The notes under the pieces: generated by a model | What the model was told of the DNA's origin: nothing | Databases searched by the model: none | The model's input: only the letters and a program-made list of their open reading frames with translations | Part shown: piece by piece, positions 38,193-48,167 of the stretch | Position numbering within the stretch: the stretch's first letter is position 1 | How the letters are laid out: each line of letters begins with the position of its first letter | Assembly: GCA_963668695.2 (NCBI GenBank) | Contig: CAXXLQ010000004.1 | Coordinates: forward strand, 2,016,001-2,080,000 | Source: Vicinamibacteria bacterium | GTDB lineage: Bacteria; Acidobacteriota; Vicinamibacteria; Marinacidobacterales; Marinacidobacteraceae | Length of the DNA stretch: 64,000 nucleotides | Direction: 5' to 3' | Program-made: the position numbers and the translations under genes

Positions 38193-39527
38193 ATGACCGT
38201 GAGTACGATTTCCGCTGCTGTTTCGCGGGGGCCGAGCCCCGCCGAAGTCCACGACATCCTTCGCCGGCATCTCATCACGGACGGGCTGGACCTCGTCCTC
38301 GATCTCGACGAAAGCCACGGGGCGTGGATGCGCTGCGCCCGCACCGGCCGGGATTTTCTCGACTGTTTTTCCTATTTCGCGACGAACCCCATCGGCCACA
38401 ACCATCCGGGGGTCACCAATCCCGCGTTCCTGGAGCGTCTGGGTCGGGTCGCGGTCCACAAACCGTCGAACTCGGACTTCTACACCGTCGAGATGGCCCG
38501 TTTTCTCGAGACCTTCTCCCGCCTCGCCGTCCCGGAAGGGATGCCGCACGCCTTCTTCGTCGCTGGCGGCAGCGTGGCGGTGGAGAACGCGCTCAAGACC
38601 GCCTTCGACTGGAAGGTGCGGAAGAACCTCGCCGCCGGGAAGGGCGAGCGGGGCAGCAAGATCATCCACTTCCGGCAGGCCTTCCACGGGCGGACCGGCT
38701 ACGCCCTCTCGATCACGAACACCGAGCCGATGAAGGTGGCCTATTTCCCCAAGTTCGACTGGCCGCGCATCGAGAATCCCTACATCCGCTTCCCGGAAGC
38801 CGAGCGTCTCGCTGAGACGGAAGCCGCCGAGGCGCGGGCGCTCGCCGCGATCGAGGCCGCGGTGGCCGAAGATCCCGACGACATCGCCGGCCTCATCATC
38901 GAACCGATCCAGGGGGAGGGCGGCGACCTCCACTTCCGGCGCGAGTTTTTCGAGGCGCTGCGGCGGCTGGCCGACGAGCACGAGTTCCTGCTCATCTTCG
39001 ACGAGGTGCAGACCGGGGTGGGGATGACCGGCCGGATGTGGTGTTTCGAGCACTTCGGGGTCCAGCCGGACATCCTCGCCTTCGGCAAGAAAACGCAGGT
39101 CTGCGGCATCCTCGCGAGCCGCCGGGTGGACGAGGTGGAGGACAACGTCTTCCGGCTGCCCTCGCGGATCAACTCGACCTGGGGCGGCAACCTGGTGGAC
39201 ATGGTCCGGTTCGGCCGCTATCTCGAGATCATCCAGGAAGAGAAGCTGATCGACAACGCCACCCGGGTCGGCCGGGTGATTCTGGACGGCTTCCACGATC
39301 TGGCCCGGGAGGCCGGCGGCCGGATGACCGCCGTCCGCGGCCGGGGCCTCATGTGCGCCTTCGACCTCCCGGATAGGGAGGAGCGCGACCGCTTCCTGGC
39401 CCGGGCCTACGAGAACCGGCTCCTCATCCTCGGCTGCGGTGCGCGCTCGGTGCGCGTCCGCCCGAACCTCTCGCTGACCGAGGACGAGGCGGGAACGGTC
39501 CTCTCGCTGATCGCCCGCTCGCTCTAG
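38193..39527 (+). CDS. lat: L-lysine 6-transaminase (class III PLP aminotransferase)
   Basis: KPSNSD, VENALKTAFDWK, AFHGRTGY, FDEVQTG, FGKKTQV, STWGGNLVDM. Confidence 0.9.
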   Translation: MTVSTISAAVSRGPSPAEVHDILRRHLITDGLDLVLDLDESHGAWMRCARTGRDFLDCFSYFATNPIGHNHPGVTNPAFLERLGRVAVHKPSNSDFYTVEMARFLETFSRLAVPEGMPHAFFVAGGSVAVENALKTAFDWKVRKNLAAGKGERGSKIIHFRQAFHGRTGYALSITNTEPMKVAYFPKFDWPRIENPYIRFPEAERLAETEAAEARALAAIEAAVAEDPDDIAGLIIEPIQGEGGDLHFRREFFEALRRLADEHEFLLIFDEVQTGVGMTGRMWCFEHFGVQPDILAFGKKTQVCGILASRRVDEVEDNVFRLPSRINSTWGGNLVDMVRFGRYLEIIQEEKLIDNATRVGRVILDGFHDLAREAGGRMTAVRGRGLMCAFDLPDREERDRFLARAYENRLLILGCGARSVRVRPNLSLTEDEAGTVLSLIARSL

Positions 39528-39820
39528 GAGCGCCGGCCAGTCCTCCCGGTGGGGGCCTTCAGACCGGCATCGCTGGCCGCAGGCCAGCGAAACTCCCGCT
39601 TCCCGACTCCCTCAAGTCGCGTCCAACCCGGGGGATGGTTCCGCGCTGAAACTCCCATCGTCCGTCCCCGCATGGCACCGCGGTGAATAGGAGCGCCGGG
39701 CAGTTCTCCCGGTGGGGCCCTTCAGACTAGGAGCGCCGGTGTTCACACCGGCATCGCCCCGCGTAGCGCGCTGAAACTCCCCTCGCTATTCCCCGCATAG
39801 CGCTGCGCGCAACAGGGATG
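39525..39820 (+). repeat. Cluster of three family C REP-like units
   Basis: TAGGAGCGCCGG at 39525, 39688, 39728; two carry the 20-nt module. Confidence 0.75.
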
Positions 39821-39943
39821 GCGCGATGGAAACCCAAGGGGCGCTTCGCCGTCCTCGCGGTGGGTCCGGGCAATGGGCGAGGGCAGCGAGACTCACACCG
39901 TTACTCCCTGGTTGGCCTGCCGTCACCCGGGCCAGGCGGCCCG

Positions 39944-40654
39944 TCAGAAGACCCCGAGCGCGGCTTCGCTCACCCGCACCAGCGCCCAGAGCACCGCCGC
40001 GGTCCCGAGCGGCACGAACAGGTTGTCGCTTCCGAAGGGGCAGACCGCTTCGATCCCGGCCGCCGCGGTCCCCGTCACCAGCCCGAAAGCGACCGCGGGG
40101 TGCCAGGAGAAGCCCGCCATCGTGTTGAGCACCAAGGCGACGACCACCCCCGTGACCAGGAACATCGCCATGCTCCCTTCCATCGTTCGCGAGTGGCCGA
40201 GGATCGTGTAGCGCCGGGTTCCGTAGCGCTTCCCGAAAACGGCGGCCGCAGCGTCGCCCAGCGCCATGGTGAGAAGGCCCGCCACCGCCACGAAGGCCTC
40301 GTCATTCGGGGCTCCGGGCCGGAAGAAGACGGCGAGCAGCGTAGCGAAGGAGATGGGGAAGAACACCGTGCCCAGGTTCGCCGGGTCGTCGTCGAGTGCG
40401 GGCAGCAGCCGGAAGCGGTGGATGACGTAGTTGGAGACCACGAAGGTCACGGGCGGGATGATTGCCACCCGCCAGTCGGAGAAGACGAAGACCGTCGGCA
40501 CCACCCAGAGCCCGACGCCGGCGTGGACGATCTTGCGCGCGGTGTCCGGCGAGGTTTTGCCGCCCCGGCGCAGCAGTTCGGTGCCGAGCAGCAGCGCGCC
40601 GACATAGCCGTAGCTGAGGAGGAGGGCGGTGGGGTGGGGCAGCGGAAGGGTCAT
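39944..40654 (-). CDS. Phytol/dolichol kinase-like membrane protein (CTP_transf_1 clan)
   Basis: RKIVH, LGDAAAAVFG, RTMEGS, SDNLFVP. Confidence 0.85.
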   Translation of the reverse strand: MTLPLPHPTALLLSYGYVGALLLGTELLRRGGKTSPDTARKIVHAGVGLWVVPTVFVFSDWRVAIIPPVTFVVSNYVIHRFRLLPALDDDPANLGTVFFPISFATLLAVFFRPGAPNDEAFVAVAGLLTMALGDAAAAVFGKRYGTRRYTILGHSRTMEGSMAMFLVTGVVVALVLNTMAGFSWHPAVAFGLVTGTAAAGIEAVCPFGSDNLFVPLGTAAVLWALVRVSEAALGVF

Positions 40655-40697
40655 GCGCGCTCTGCGAGCCCGGTGCGCTTCCGCGTCTGTGCCGGCA

Positions 40698-41571
40698 TCA
40701 GGTGGGCCCTGGAGTTCGGAGTTTTTCCAGCCGTTCGATCAACTTCCATACATCCGTAAAAGAGGACGCGCCCGAGTCGGAGACGCGCTTTGCATTTGAG
40801 ACCGCTGTCGGGATCCGATCGGCGATGCGTTCGAAGACTCCGGCGTCGTTCTTCTGGTAGTCCGGTAGATGGCGCCTTAACAGCCGGTGGTGAAACCCAC
40901 GTGAGCGCCGAGGCCGGCCAGTTCTCCCGGTGGGGGCGAGGCCCAGTTCTCCCGGTGGGGCCAGTTCTCCCGGTGGGGGCCCGGCTGACAAGGCGCGTGA
41001 GGGAGGAATACCGGGTGTATTTCGACCGAAACGCAACGCAGAACGCAGCGAAGCGGGGTGGTTCAGCCGGGATGGATCGCCGGTCGAACGCCGCGTGGGT
41101 TTTGCCACAGGCTGTTAGTTCCCGGGTAACTTGAGCGCACGCTGACTGGCCGGGAACCCCGGCAAAAGGCTTGGTCGTGAACTCGAAATGCAGGAGGAGC
41201 CAGAATTCGAAACAGGGCCTCGAGACGGCGACGTGAAATGCCGGCGCTGCGGTCTGCACGCCGGCGCGTATTGCTTTGGATCGAAAATCGGCTACAGCCA
41301 ACTCCCGGCCGTCGTGATCCAGGACGCACCAGATTTCGTCCCCCGGAGACATGCTGCGCGCTTCGCGGCGAACTCGTTCTTGTAGTCGCGCCAACCCAGT
41401 ACCCGGCTCACTTCCCAGCACCCGAACGCTAGGCAATCGGTACCACTGCTTGAGGGCCGAGAAATAGTGGGGCTCGGTCCGTGTACCTTCGCAGAGAATC
41501 AGAATCGAGGAACGGCCCTTGCGCCTCGCTCGCGTACGTTTCCCGAACGGGCGCTGTTTCGCCGAAGCCAC
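40698..41571 (-). pseudogene. RloB-family gene split by a MITE
   Basis: ILCEGTRTEPHYF, WCVLDHD, SRPCFEFWLLLHF; C-terminus continues in another frame; removing 238 bp restores a 211-aa ORF. Confidence 0.88.
40880..41115. mobile_element. MITE family A, 236 bp, TA target duplication
   Basis: TA-ACAGCC...GGCTGT-TA within rloB; three 20-nt modules. Confidence 0.9.
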
Positions 41572-42855
41572 TCAGTCGGTAGGAACGAACTGCGGCGTCG
41601 AGGTCACCGGAATCCCTCCGTAGCGTCCAGTCAGATAGCCGCGCTCCAAGGCTTCCCGCCTCCGAGGGTGGAAGTGGGAGAGCGGAGTGAGGTTTGCGGC
41701 CTCACTTGGTCGTTCCTTGTCGGTCAGCCAGATCTGGCCGCGGTCCAGCGCTCCGCCAAGGAGAGTAGTGTCGTGCAGAGTGGCAATCAGCTGACCCCGC
41801 CTGCTGCTGTCGCTTCCACTGTTGAGACGTCGCAGGAGCGCTTCCACGAGCAGCGGATGGAGGCTGTGGTCAAGCTCGTCTACTACTAGAACCCGATCGT
41901 TATCGAGGATGTCGAGAAGCGGCCATGCCAACGCAAAGAGTCGTTGGGTGCCGTCCGATTCTTGTTCCAGATCCAGGAACTGAAGATCGCTACTTCCGTC
42001 GACTGCGTGGCCGAGTTGCGTCTGGAAAGACTCCACAGAATCCGCACCTGTCTTTGACAACTCCTTGAGGATGCTGGGCGGCACACTTTCCCTCATTGAT
42101 TCGAGGCTTGTCTTCTCTCTCCTGACTGACACATCGGCCGCCGTGATGTCGGCGGCCCGCAACAGCTCCAGTACACGCCGCTTTTTCGTTTCGTCGGCGA
42201 GGACTGCCTCGGGCGTGTAGGTGTCCGACAAATAGTCGGGTCCGATACCCGCCAACCGCTTCCGAAACCACTCGACTACCGGAGTGAAGATGTCGCTGTT
42301 GAGTTGGGCAGCAACGGACACAAGCAGGGCGTTCTGGCGGGTGCTGCGCCGCCAGACTTCCTTGGGACCCGACACCGAGTGGCCGAAGGTCCACTCGTAG
42401 CTCTGGTTCCCCACATCCCAGCGCCGCTCCAACAGCAAGCGCTTCCGGCCATCCGGGGGCCAGACCAGGAGAGACTCGGAGCGAACCCGCTCCCGGTCGA
42501 GGGAGAACGTGTACTCGTAGCAAGAGCCGTCCTCAATGAAGCTGACTTCGAAGATCGTTGGGCGTGTCCGGGTCTCGGTGTCGAAGAGGAACGGCGTATA
42601 CGGAATTTCCTCGCCGGCTTGGGTGCTGGTTGCCGATTTGACCACGAAGCTCTTGGCAAACATCAGCCCCAGGAGCAAGCGAGACTTGCCACTGCCGTTG
42701 GGGCCGTAGATCGCCGTCACCCGGTTCAGCCGGGGTGCCCTCCGGGAGCCGCTGTCGAATGCGTGTAGATCACTTGCCCGCGTTACGGCTTGGACACTCA
42801 GCTCGTGCCGTTCCCGAAAGCATGCATAGTTCGTCAATGCGAAGGCGACTAACAT
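41572..42855 (-). CDS. RloA-like AAA_21 ATPase (putative abortive-infection/defence partner of RloB)
   Basis: IYGPNGSGKS Walker A, ESDGTQR, VVDELDHSLHP, QLIATLHD, YLTGRYGGIP; lower GC. Confidence 0.88.
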   Translation of the reverse strand: MLVAFALTNYACFRERHELSVQAVTRASDLHAFDSGSRRAPRLNRVTAIYGPNGSGKSRLLLGLMFAKSFVVKSATSTQAGEEIPYTPFLFDTETRTRPTIFEVSFIEDGSCYEYTFSLDRERVRSESLLVWPPDGRKRLLLERRWDVGNQSYEWTFGHSVSGPKEVWRRSTRQNALLVSVAAQLNSDIFTPVVEWFRKRLAGIGPDYLSDTYTPEAVLADETKKRRVLELLRAADITAADVSVRREKTSLESMRESVPPSILKELSKTGADSVESFQTQLGHAVDGSSDLQFLDLEQESDGTQRLFALAWPLLDILDNDRVLVVDELDHSLHPLLVEALLRRLNSGSDSSRRGQLIATLHDTTLLGGALDRGQIWLTDKERPSEAANLTPLSHFHPRRREALERGYLTGRYGGIPVTSTPQFVPTD

Positions 42856-43086
42856 GGCTTGCCTCCTGGGATAACGGCCATATTTTACTGATTGTTGACG
42901 ATTTCTACAAGAAAATCTATCTTGTTTCGGCAGATCACGCGTTTGGCGTTCGATTGGGGGTCGCGGCCGCAACCCTCATCCGTCCGTCGTCGCCGGGTAT
43001 CGCTGTGGTGGTCCGCGCCGGCGCATTGGCGCGAACCATCGCGACTTGTCCCAGTGCCGCCAGTGGATATTCGGCGCGCGTCCCGC

Positions 43087-43764
43087 TCAGGCTGTGGCTC
43101 CCGCCCGCGCCCGCAGGAAACTGTCCCAGTCATCCACGTCCAGGAGTTCCTGCTTCGTTGCCGGGACGACCACGAGATCCTGTCGGTGTCTTGAGAGGAC
43201 GCGCCCGGCGCCCCGGTCCCGGCCTCCGTCTTCGATCGCGCGGGTCCCCGAAAGTTCGAGCACCTCGGGAAAAAGGCGCCTTCGGAGCACCACCGGCAGG
43301 CCCCAGGTTCCCGTCCGCTGCATAGCCGAAGTGGCCGGTACGGCCGCGGCGGGGGGGTGCCGGGGCTCGGCCGCGGCGGCGACCAGCCTGCGAATGAGGG
43401 TGGCGGAAAGGAAGGGTTGGTCCAGCGGGGCAACCACCGCCCAGAAGACGTGCCGCTCGGCGGCCAGCGCCCGGATTCCGACCTGGAGCGACGAGAGCAT
43501 GCCCCGCTGGTAGGCAGGGTTTGGGACGGCGCGCACCGCGAGTCCCCGGAGCTCAGGGGCGATCTCCCGATGGGCGTGGCCGAGCACGGCGATCACCGGG
43601 TCGAGACCGGCGGCGATGAGCGTCTCCGCGGCGGCGCGGATCAGGGTCCGGCCGGAGCCGTCCGGGTGGGGGAGGAGGGCCTTGGTGCGGCGCATCCGCT
43701 TCGACTCGCCGGCGGCGAGGAGGATCCCGGCGGCTGCCGCGGGACGTTCCGCGGTCGTCGCCAG
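43087..43764 (-). CDS. MocA/YgfJ-like NTP transferase (molybdopterin cytidylyltransferase-like)
   Basis: ILLAAGESKRM, KALL, GMLSSL, DQP, LDVDD; motif begins upstream of the first ATG (43695), start uncertain. Confidence 0.8.
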   Translation of the reverse strand: MATTAERPAAAAGILLAAGESKRMRRTKALLPHPDGSGRTLIRAAAETLIAAGLDPVIAVLGHAHREIAPELRGLAVRAVPNPAYQRGMLSSLQVGIRALAAERHVFWAVVAPLDQPFLSATLIRRLVAAAAEPRHPPAAAVPATSAMQRTGTWGLPVVLRRRLFPEVLELSGTRAIEDGGRDRGAGRVLSRHRQDLVVVPATKQELLDVDDWDSFLRARAGATA

Positions 43765-44052
43765 CGGGTCGGTCGGGGGAATGGCGGAGGGTCCTGAGAG
43801 GTAGGGGAGGGGAGCAGCGAGTGTATTGCGGTCCTCACGAGAATCGGAGGAGCTTCGCGGTAGGCTGGAAACCCGTGAGACATCAGTTTCTTCTCCTTCC
43901 TCGTCTCCTGCGGAGAAGAGGGCGTCTCAGGCACGCCTACCGTCCCGCTGGCGCCGCCGCGGTTTCGCCCGCGTTCCGCGGGCGGTGCCAGTCTGAAGAC
44001 TGGCGTTCCCGGGCGTGCCGTCTTTCGGTGGGTTGGCGTATCGCTCAACGCG

Positions 44053-44521
44053 AAAAAAACTGATGGCAGCGAACTTGTTCGCTGCCCGCCTGACCGGGGG
44101 GAAAGTGTGAAAGGGGGGTACCCCCCCCTTTTCACAAAAAGGTAACGACCAATCGGAACTCGCCGCCGCGCGCCTTCGGCGCGCAAGGGAGTTTCGATTG
44201 CCGGCGCGAAGCGCCGGGCGGTTCGGAAGGGGGGCCACCTTTGATCAGGCTAGGCGACCAGCCATCAAACCGACCAAGCGCCCCCCTTCCGGAACGCTCG
44301 ACGACGGGGAAAGCGTGAAAGGGGGAACTCCCCCTTTCGCAAAAAAGGCAACTACGAATCGGAACTCGCCGCAGTGCGCCTACGGCGCACAAGGGAGTTT
44401 CGATTCCGGCGCGAAGCGCCGGGCGGTTCGGGAACGGGGCGTTCACCCCACACCGAGCAGACGGTGCAAGACCAAAGGTCCGATTGGGGAGTGAACGCCC
44501 CGTTCCCGGACCGCTCCGGAC
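44053..44521 (+). repeat. Structured repeat family E, tandem copies 4 (44053-44302) and 5 (44306-44521)
   Basis: Same scaffold, different terminal loops; copy 5 ends at the stop codon of the convergent gene. Confidence 0.78.
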
Positions 44522-45175
44522 TTAGTGTTCGCCTTCGCCGTCGACGACGAACCCGAGGGTGAGGCCGCCCTCCCAGGGGTAGCCGAGCGCCCAGGCGCCG
44601 GCGTCGTCCTGAAAGACGGTCGGCTCGCTGATGCCGTCCCAGTTCGGGGCGAGGCTCATCACCGCCGGGTGGCCGATGCCGGTGGCGGCGAAGCTCATGA
44701 TGTTCAGGTCGTCCTGTCCCCACTCGACGTCAACGGTCATGTCCTCGACCACCGGAACGAGCAGCACGTAGTCGAGGTGGACGGAAACGCCCATGTGGTT
44801 CCCGTCCTCCGGGCGATTCCCGTAGCGCATGGTGAAGACGCCGGGCTCGATCGGATTCCCCTTGTAGTCGGACCAGGGGCCGTCGATCCGGACCACCCCG
44901 ACCAGGGTCCCCACCTTCAGGTCGGGGAAGGTGGCTCCCGGATTCGTCCCGCCCCCACCGGGGGCCTCGGTCCGTAGCCAGAAGTCGAGGTTCACTCCCG
45001 AGCCGAGCGTCGTCCGGACGCCTTCGGCTCCTACCACCGCCCGGATCTCGTCGGAGACGCCCTCCGGAGGGGCGCCGTCGGCCGCCGCCAGGGTCGGCTG
45101 ATCGCTTGCGAGTGCGAGGCCGGCAGCGAGTACCCCCGCGGGCAGCAGATAGGCGAAACGCAAAGGCACGTACAC
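44522..45175 (-). CDS. Hypothetical secreted protein in molybdoenzyme locus
   Basis: Signal-like N-terminus; GVFTMRYG..PEDGNHMGVS, GHPAVMSL; longer ORF is MITE read-through. Confidence 0.7.
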   Translation of the reverse strand: MYVPLRFAYLLPAGVLAAGLALASDQPTLAAADGAPPEGVSDEIRAVVGAEGVRTTLGSGVNLDFWLRTEAPGGGGTNPGATFPDLKVGTLVGVVRIDGPWSDYKGNPIEPGVFTMRYGNRPEDGNHMGVSVHLDYVLLVPVVEDMTVDVEWGQDDLNIMSFAATGIGHPAVMSLAPNWDGISEPTVFQDDAGAWALGYPWEGGLTLGFVVDGEGEH

Positions 45176-45189
45176 CGGGCGACGCGCTA

Positions 45190-45606
45190 GCAGTCGGTGG
45201 GCGAAGTCGCGTGAGCGCCGAGAGCGGCGAGGCGTCCGGCTGACAAGGCGCGCGAGGGAGGAGCCCCCACCGGGAGAACTGGCCCGCGTGTATTGCGACC
45301 GAAGCGCAACGATGAGCGACGCGAAGCAGAGCGGTGAACAGTCAGTGGTGGAACCCGCGTGAGCGCCGAGGCTGGCGAGGCCCAGTTCTCCCGGTGGGGC
45401 CAGTTCTCCCGGTGGGGGCCCGGCTGACAAGGCGCGTGAGGGAGGAATACCTGGTGTCTTTCGACCGAAACGCAACGATGAGCGGCGCGCAGCGACGCGG
45501 TCAGCCGGGATGGATCGCCAGCCGAACGCCGCGCGGGTTTCATTACTGGCTGTTTGGCCGGAATGAATCGCCGCTCGAACGCCGCGTGAGTTGGTTCACC
45601 GGCTGC
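45190..45606. mobile_element. MITE family A composite
   Basis: TA-GCAGTC...GGCTGC-TA; duplicated left and right modules; three 20-nt modules. Confidence 0.8.
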
Positions 45607-45614
45607 TAGCGCGT

Positions 45615-46304
45615 CTAGCGAACGAAGGTGCCGAGGAAGGCGCTCCGCTTGAGCGGGCAACTCCACGTGGTGTTGAAGTCGTCGCCCCGGAACGAGTGGG
45701 CCTCGGTGTAGGCCGGCATCGCGTCCGCGATCTCGGTCAGCGGCGGGTAGTACACGAACTCGCTGCCGCAGAGGTGATCCTTGTGGGTGAGCGCCCGGGT
45801 GCGGAGCTCCACCAACTCGCCGGCCGTCAGCGAGGCGTGCCCCGGCCGGCTGTCGAAGTCCGCGGCCACCGGAGCGTCGTGAATGTTCAGGACGTTCTCG
45901 AGCAGTTCGCCGCCCATGTCGTGGGCAAGCTGGATGAGCGCGGCTCGCTGGTCGGCGTTCGCGTTCTCGTCCACGATCAGCACCGACTTGGCCGGATAGG
46001 GGTTGGCATGCGGATCGCCCAGCGTGGCCTGCGCCTTCACCACCGCGACTACCGAGAGCCCGGACAGATCGACGCCCTCGTACGTCCCGTCGGAGACGTT
46101 CCAGGCCAGCACGGCTTCCTGTCCGTCCAGCCCGACTTCGCTGTTCGCGAAGCAGTGACCGGCGTACACGTCTGCGGTGCGGGCCTCGAGGTAGAGCCCC
46201 TCAAGTGTGGCGTCCGACTCGCCGGGACCACCAGGTCCACCGGCGAAAGCCGTCGCGCCCATCGCGAGGAGGGCGGCTGCCAGCAGGAAACGCGAAATCT
46301 TCAT
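45615..46304 (-). CDS. DUF1326-like secreted protein
   Basis: GLYLEARTADVYAGHCFANSE, HLCGSE.VYYPPL; signal peptide. Confidence 0.7.
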   Translation of the reverse strand: MKISRFLLAAALLAMGATAFAGGPGGPGESDATLEGLYLEARTADVYAGHCFANSEVGLDGQEAVLAWNVSDGTYEGVDLSGLSVVAVVKAQATLGDPHANPYPAKSVLIVDENANADQRAALIQLAHDMGGELLENVLNIHDAPVAADFDSRPGHASLTAGELVELRTRALTHKDHLCGSEFVYYPPLTEIADAMPAYTEAHSFRGDDFNTTWSCPLKRSAFLGTFVR

Positions 46305-46359
46305 GACACTTCCTCCATCGGGAAACCGCCGCTCGGGGCGGTCAGCCGAATGTCGCAGT

Positions 46360-46950
46360 TTAACAGCCGCAGGTTGCCCACCGTACGCGGCTGGCCCAGG
46401 CTCAGCAGGCTGTGCTGAAACCCAGGCGGCGTCCGTCCGCGACGCGGCAGGTTGCCCACCGCACGCGCGTGCCGCGGGCTTAACAGGCTGTGCTGAAACG
46501 TCAGGCGGCGTCCGTCCGCGGCGCGGCGCGGCGCGCCGCGGGGGAGGGGTGTGGGGAGGGGTTTCCCCTCTCCACGAAAAAGGATGGCGCGGATCGCGAA
46601 GCGATCCGCGCCATCACCCCGTGGGGGAAGCGCCTGGAGGACGCACGCGGAAGCGCCTTCGGCGCGATTCTCGCCGGGGAAATAGTGCGGGGTCCTTTCC
46701 CAAGGGCTGGCGGGGTGCTTTCCCCACGGGCTGTCCGCGGCGCGGAGCGCCGCGGGGGAGGGGTGTGGGGAGGGGTTTCCCCTCCCCGCGAAAGAAGGAT
46801 GGCGCGGATCGCGAAGCGATCCGCGCCATCACCCCGTGGGGGAAGCGCCCCGCACGCGGAACAACTGGCGCCTTCGGCGCGATTCGTCAGGGAAATAGTG
46901 CGGGGTGTTTTCCCCACGGGGTGATGGCGGGGTGCTTTCCCCACGGGCGG
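46360..46950. repeat. Family B palindromic repeat cluster (two tandem units plus duplicated caggctgtgctgaaac end-like motifs)
   Basis: ggggtgtggggaggggtttcccctc and gatggcgcggatcgcgaagcgatccgcgccatc twice; related to 32160-32330. Confidence 0.75.
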
Positions 46951-47211
46951 TCAGTACGCTGATTCGAAGCAGCTCCGTCCGGACCCCGCCGTGCATTGGT
47001 CGCGGTCGGCCACCCGGCCGTCGGGGCCAAGGCAGTTCTGGGTGTGGGTGCACCAGAAATAGCCGTCGCCGGGTATGCCGCCCGGGACGCTCGGGTCGTA
47101 CTCCACGTCCATGTACATCGCCTTGGAGCGAAGACGGTGGCAGAGCGAGAAGGCGGCGCGTCCGGAGGCTCCCGGAATGGCGCTTTTCGGAACGGTTGTT
47201 TTGGTGGCCAT
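46951..47211 (-). CDS. Small Cys-rich protein at end of molybdoenzyme operon
   Basis: 86 aa, five Cys (LCHRLRSK, FWCTHTQNCLGPDG, C..GRSCF); GAGGA RBS. Confidence 0.7.
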   Translation of the reverse strand: MATKTTVPKSAIPGASGRAAFSLCHRLRSKAMYMDVEYDPSVPGGIPGDGYFWCTHTQNCLGPDGRVADRDQCTAGSGRSCFESAY

Positions 47212-47222
47212 CGTCTATCCCC

Positions 47223-48167
47223 TCACATGGCGGCGAGCGCGGCGCGCTTCACCGCGACCCGCGCGAGCTGGATCTTGTAGGCGTTTCCGGAGAGCGCGGC
47301 GGCGTCCGCCACTGCGGCGTCACCCGCCGCCTGGGCGCTGGCCTCGCTGATGCCGCCGGCGAGCGCGCCGGCGGCGGCGACGCTCATCCACGGGGTCGGG
47401 GCGACGTGTCCGAGCACCACCCGGGTGCCCCCGTCGCCCATCGCTACCGAGGCGGTGGCGAGCGGCCAATCGAAGCCCTTCCGGTTTCGCACATCGTAGG
47501 TGGCGTTCTTGCTCGCCCGCATCGGGATGGTGACCCCGGTGACGATCTCGGCGGCGCCCAGCGTGAACTCGCTCTCGTCGCTCGACATCGGCGTGCGATA
47601 GAGATCCTCCAGCGCGATGGTGCGCTCGCCGTCCGGACCCAGGATGGTCGCCGACGCGCCGAGCGCGATCAGCGGCGGCGCGAGGCTCGACGGGTTCACG
47701 AAGACCGCCGCCCCCGAGTTCCCGAAGATCGCGTGGTAGCGGTTGTCGCCCGTCTTCGCCATGGACTCGCCGTCGTGCATCGGGACGAGCCCGAAACCGG
47801 CCCGGAAGTACCAGCAGCGGGGCCGCTGGCAGAGGTCGCCGCCGACCGTCCGCATCGACAGGACCTGCCGGCTGCGGACCCCGGCGATCGCCTGGGCGAG
47901 CGCGGGAAACGACTCGCGGATCGCGCGGTGCTCGCCCAGCGGCCCGAGGCGGGTCGTGGCGCCGATGTGGAGCCCGTCGCCGGTCTCGTGAGCCCCGGTG
48001 AGATCCTGGATCGCCTTCAGGTTGACGAGGCGCGACGGCGCCGCCGCCCCGTCCTTCATCAGGCTCAGCAGGTCGGTGCCGCCGGCGAGCGCCACGGCGC
48101 CCTCGGCGGACAGCATCCGGATCGCGTCTTCGGCGGTCCGGGGACTCGTGTATTCGAAGGCGCGCAT
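47223..48167 (-). CDS. Xanthine-dehydrogenase-family FAD-binding subunit (PaoB/YagS-like)
   Basis: LAGGTDLL, TVGGDLCQRPRCWYFR, NAYKI. Confidence 0.92.
   Translation of the reverse strand: MRAFEYTSPRTAEDAIRMLSAEGAVALAGGTDLLSLMKDGAAAPSRLVNLKAIQDLTGAHETGDGLHIGATTRLGPLGEHRAIRESFPALAQAIAGVRSRQVLSMRTVGGDLCQRPRCWYFRAGFGLVPMHDGESMAKTGDNRYHAIFGNSGAAVFVNPSSLAPPLIALGASATILGPDGERTIALEDLYRTPMSSDESEFTLGAAEIVTGVTIPMRASKNATYDVRNRKGFDWPLATASVAMGDGGTRVVLGHVAPTPWMSVAAAGALAGGISEASAQAAGDAAVADAAALSGNAYKIQLARVAVKRAALAAM

Noticed and set aside
40651-41571. 306-aa ORF as an intact protein
   Set aside because: Chimera of the RloB N-terminus with MITE read-through in the wrong frame.
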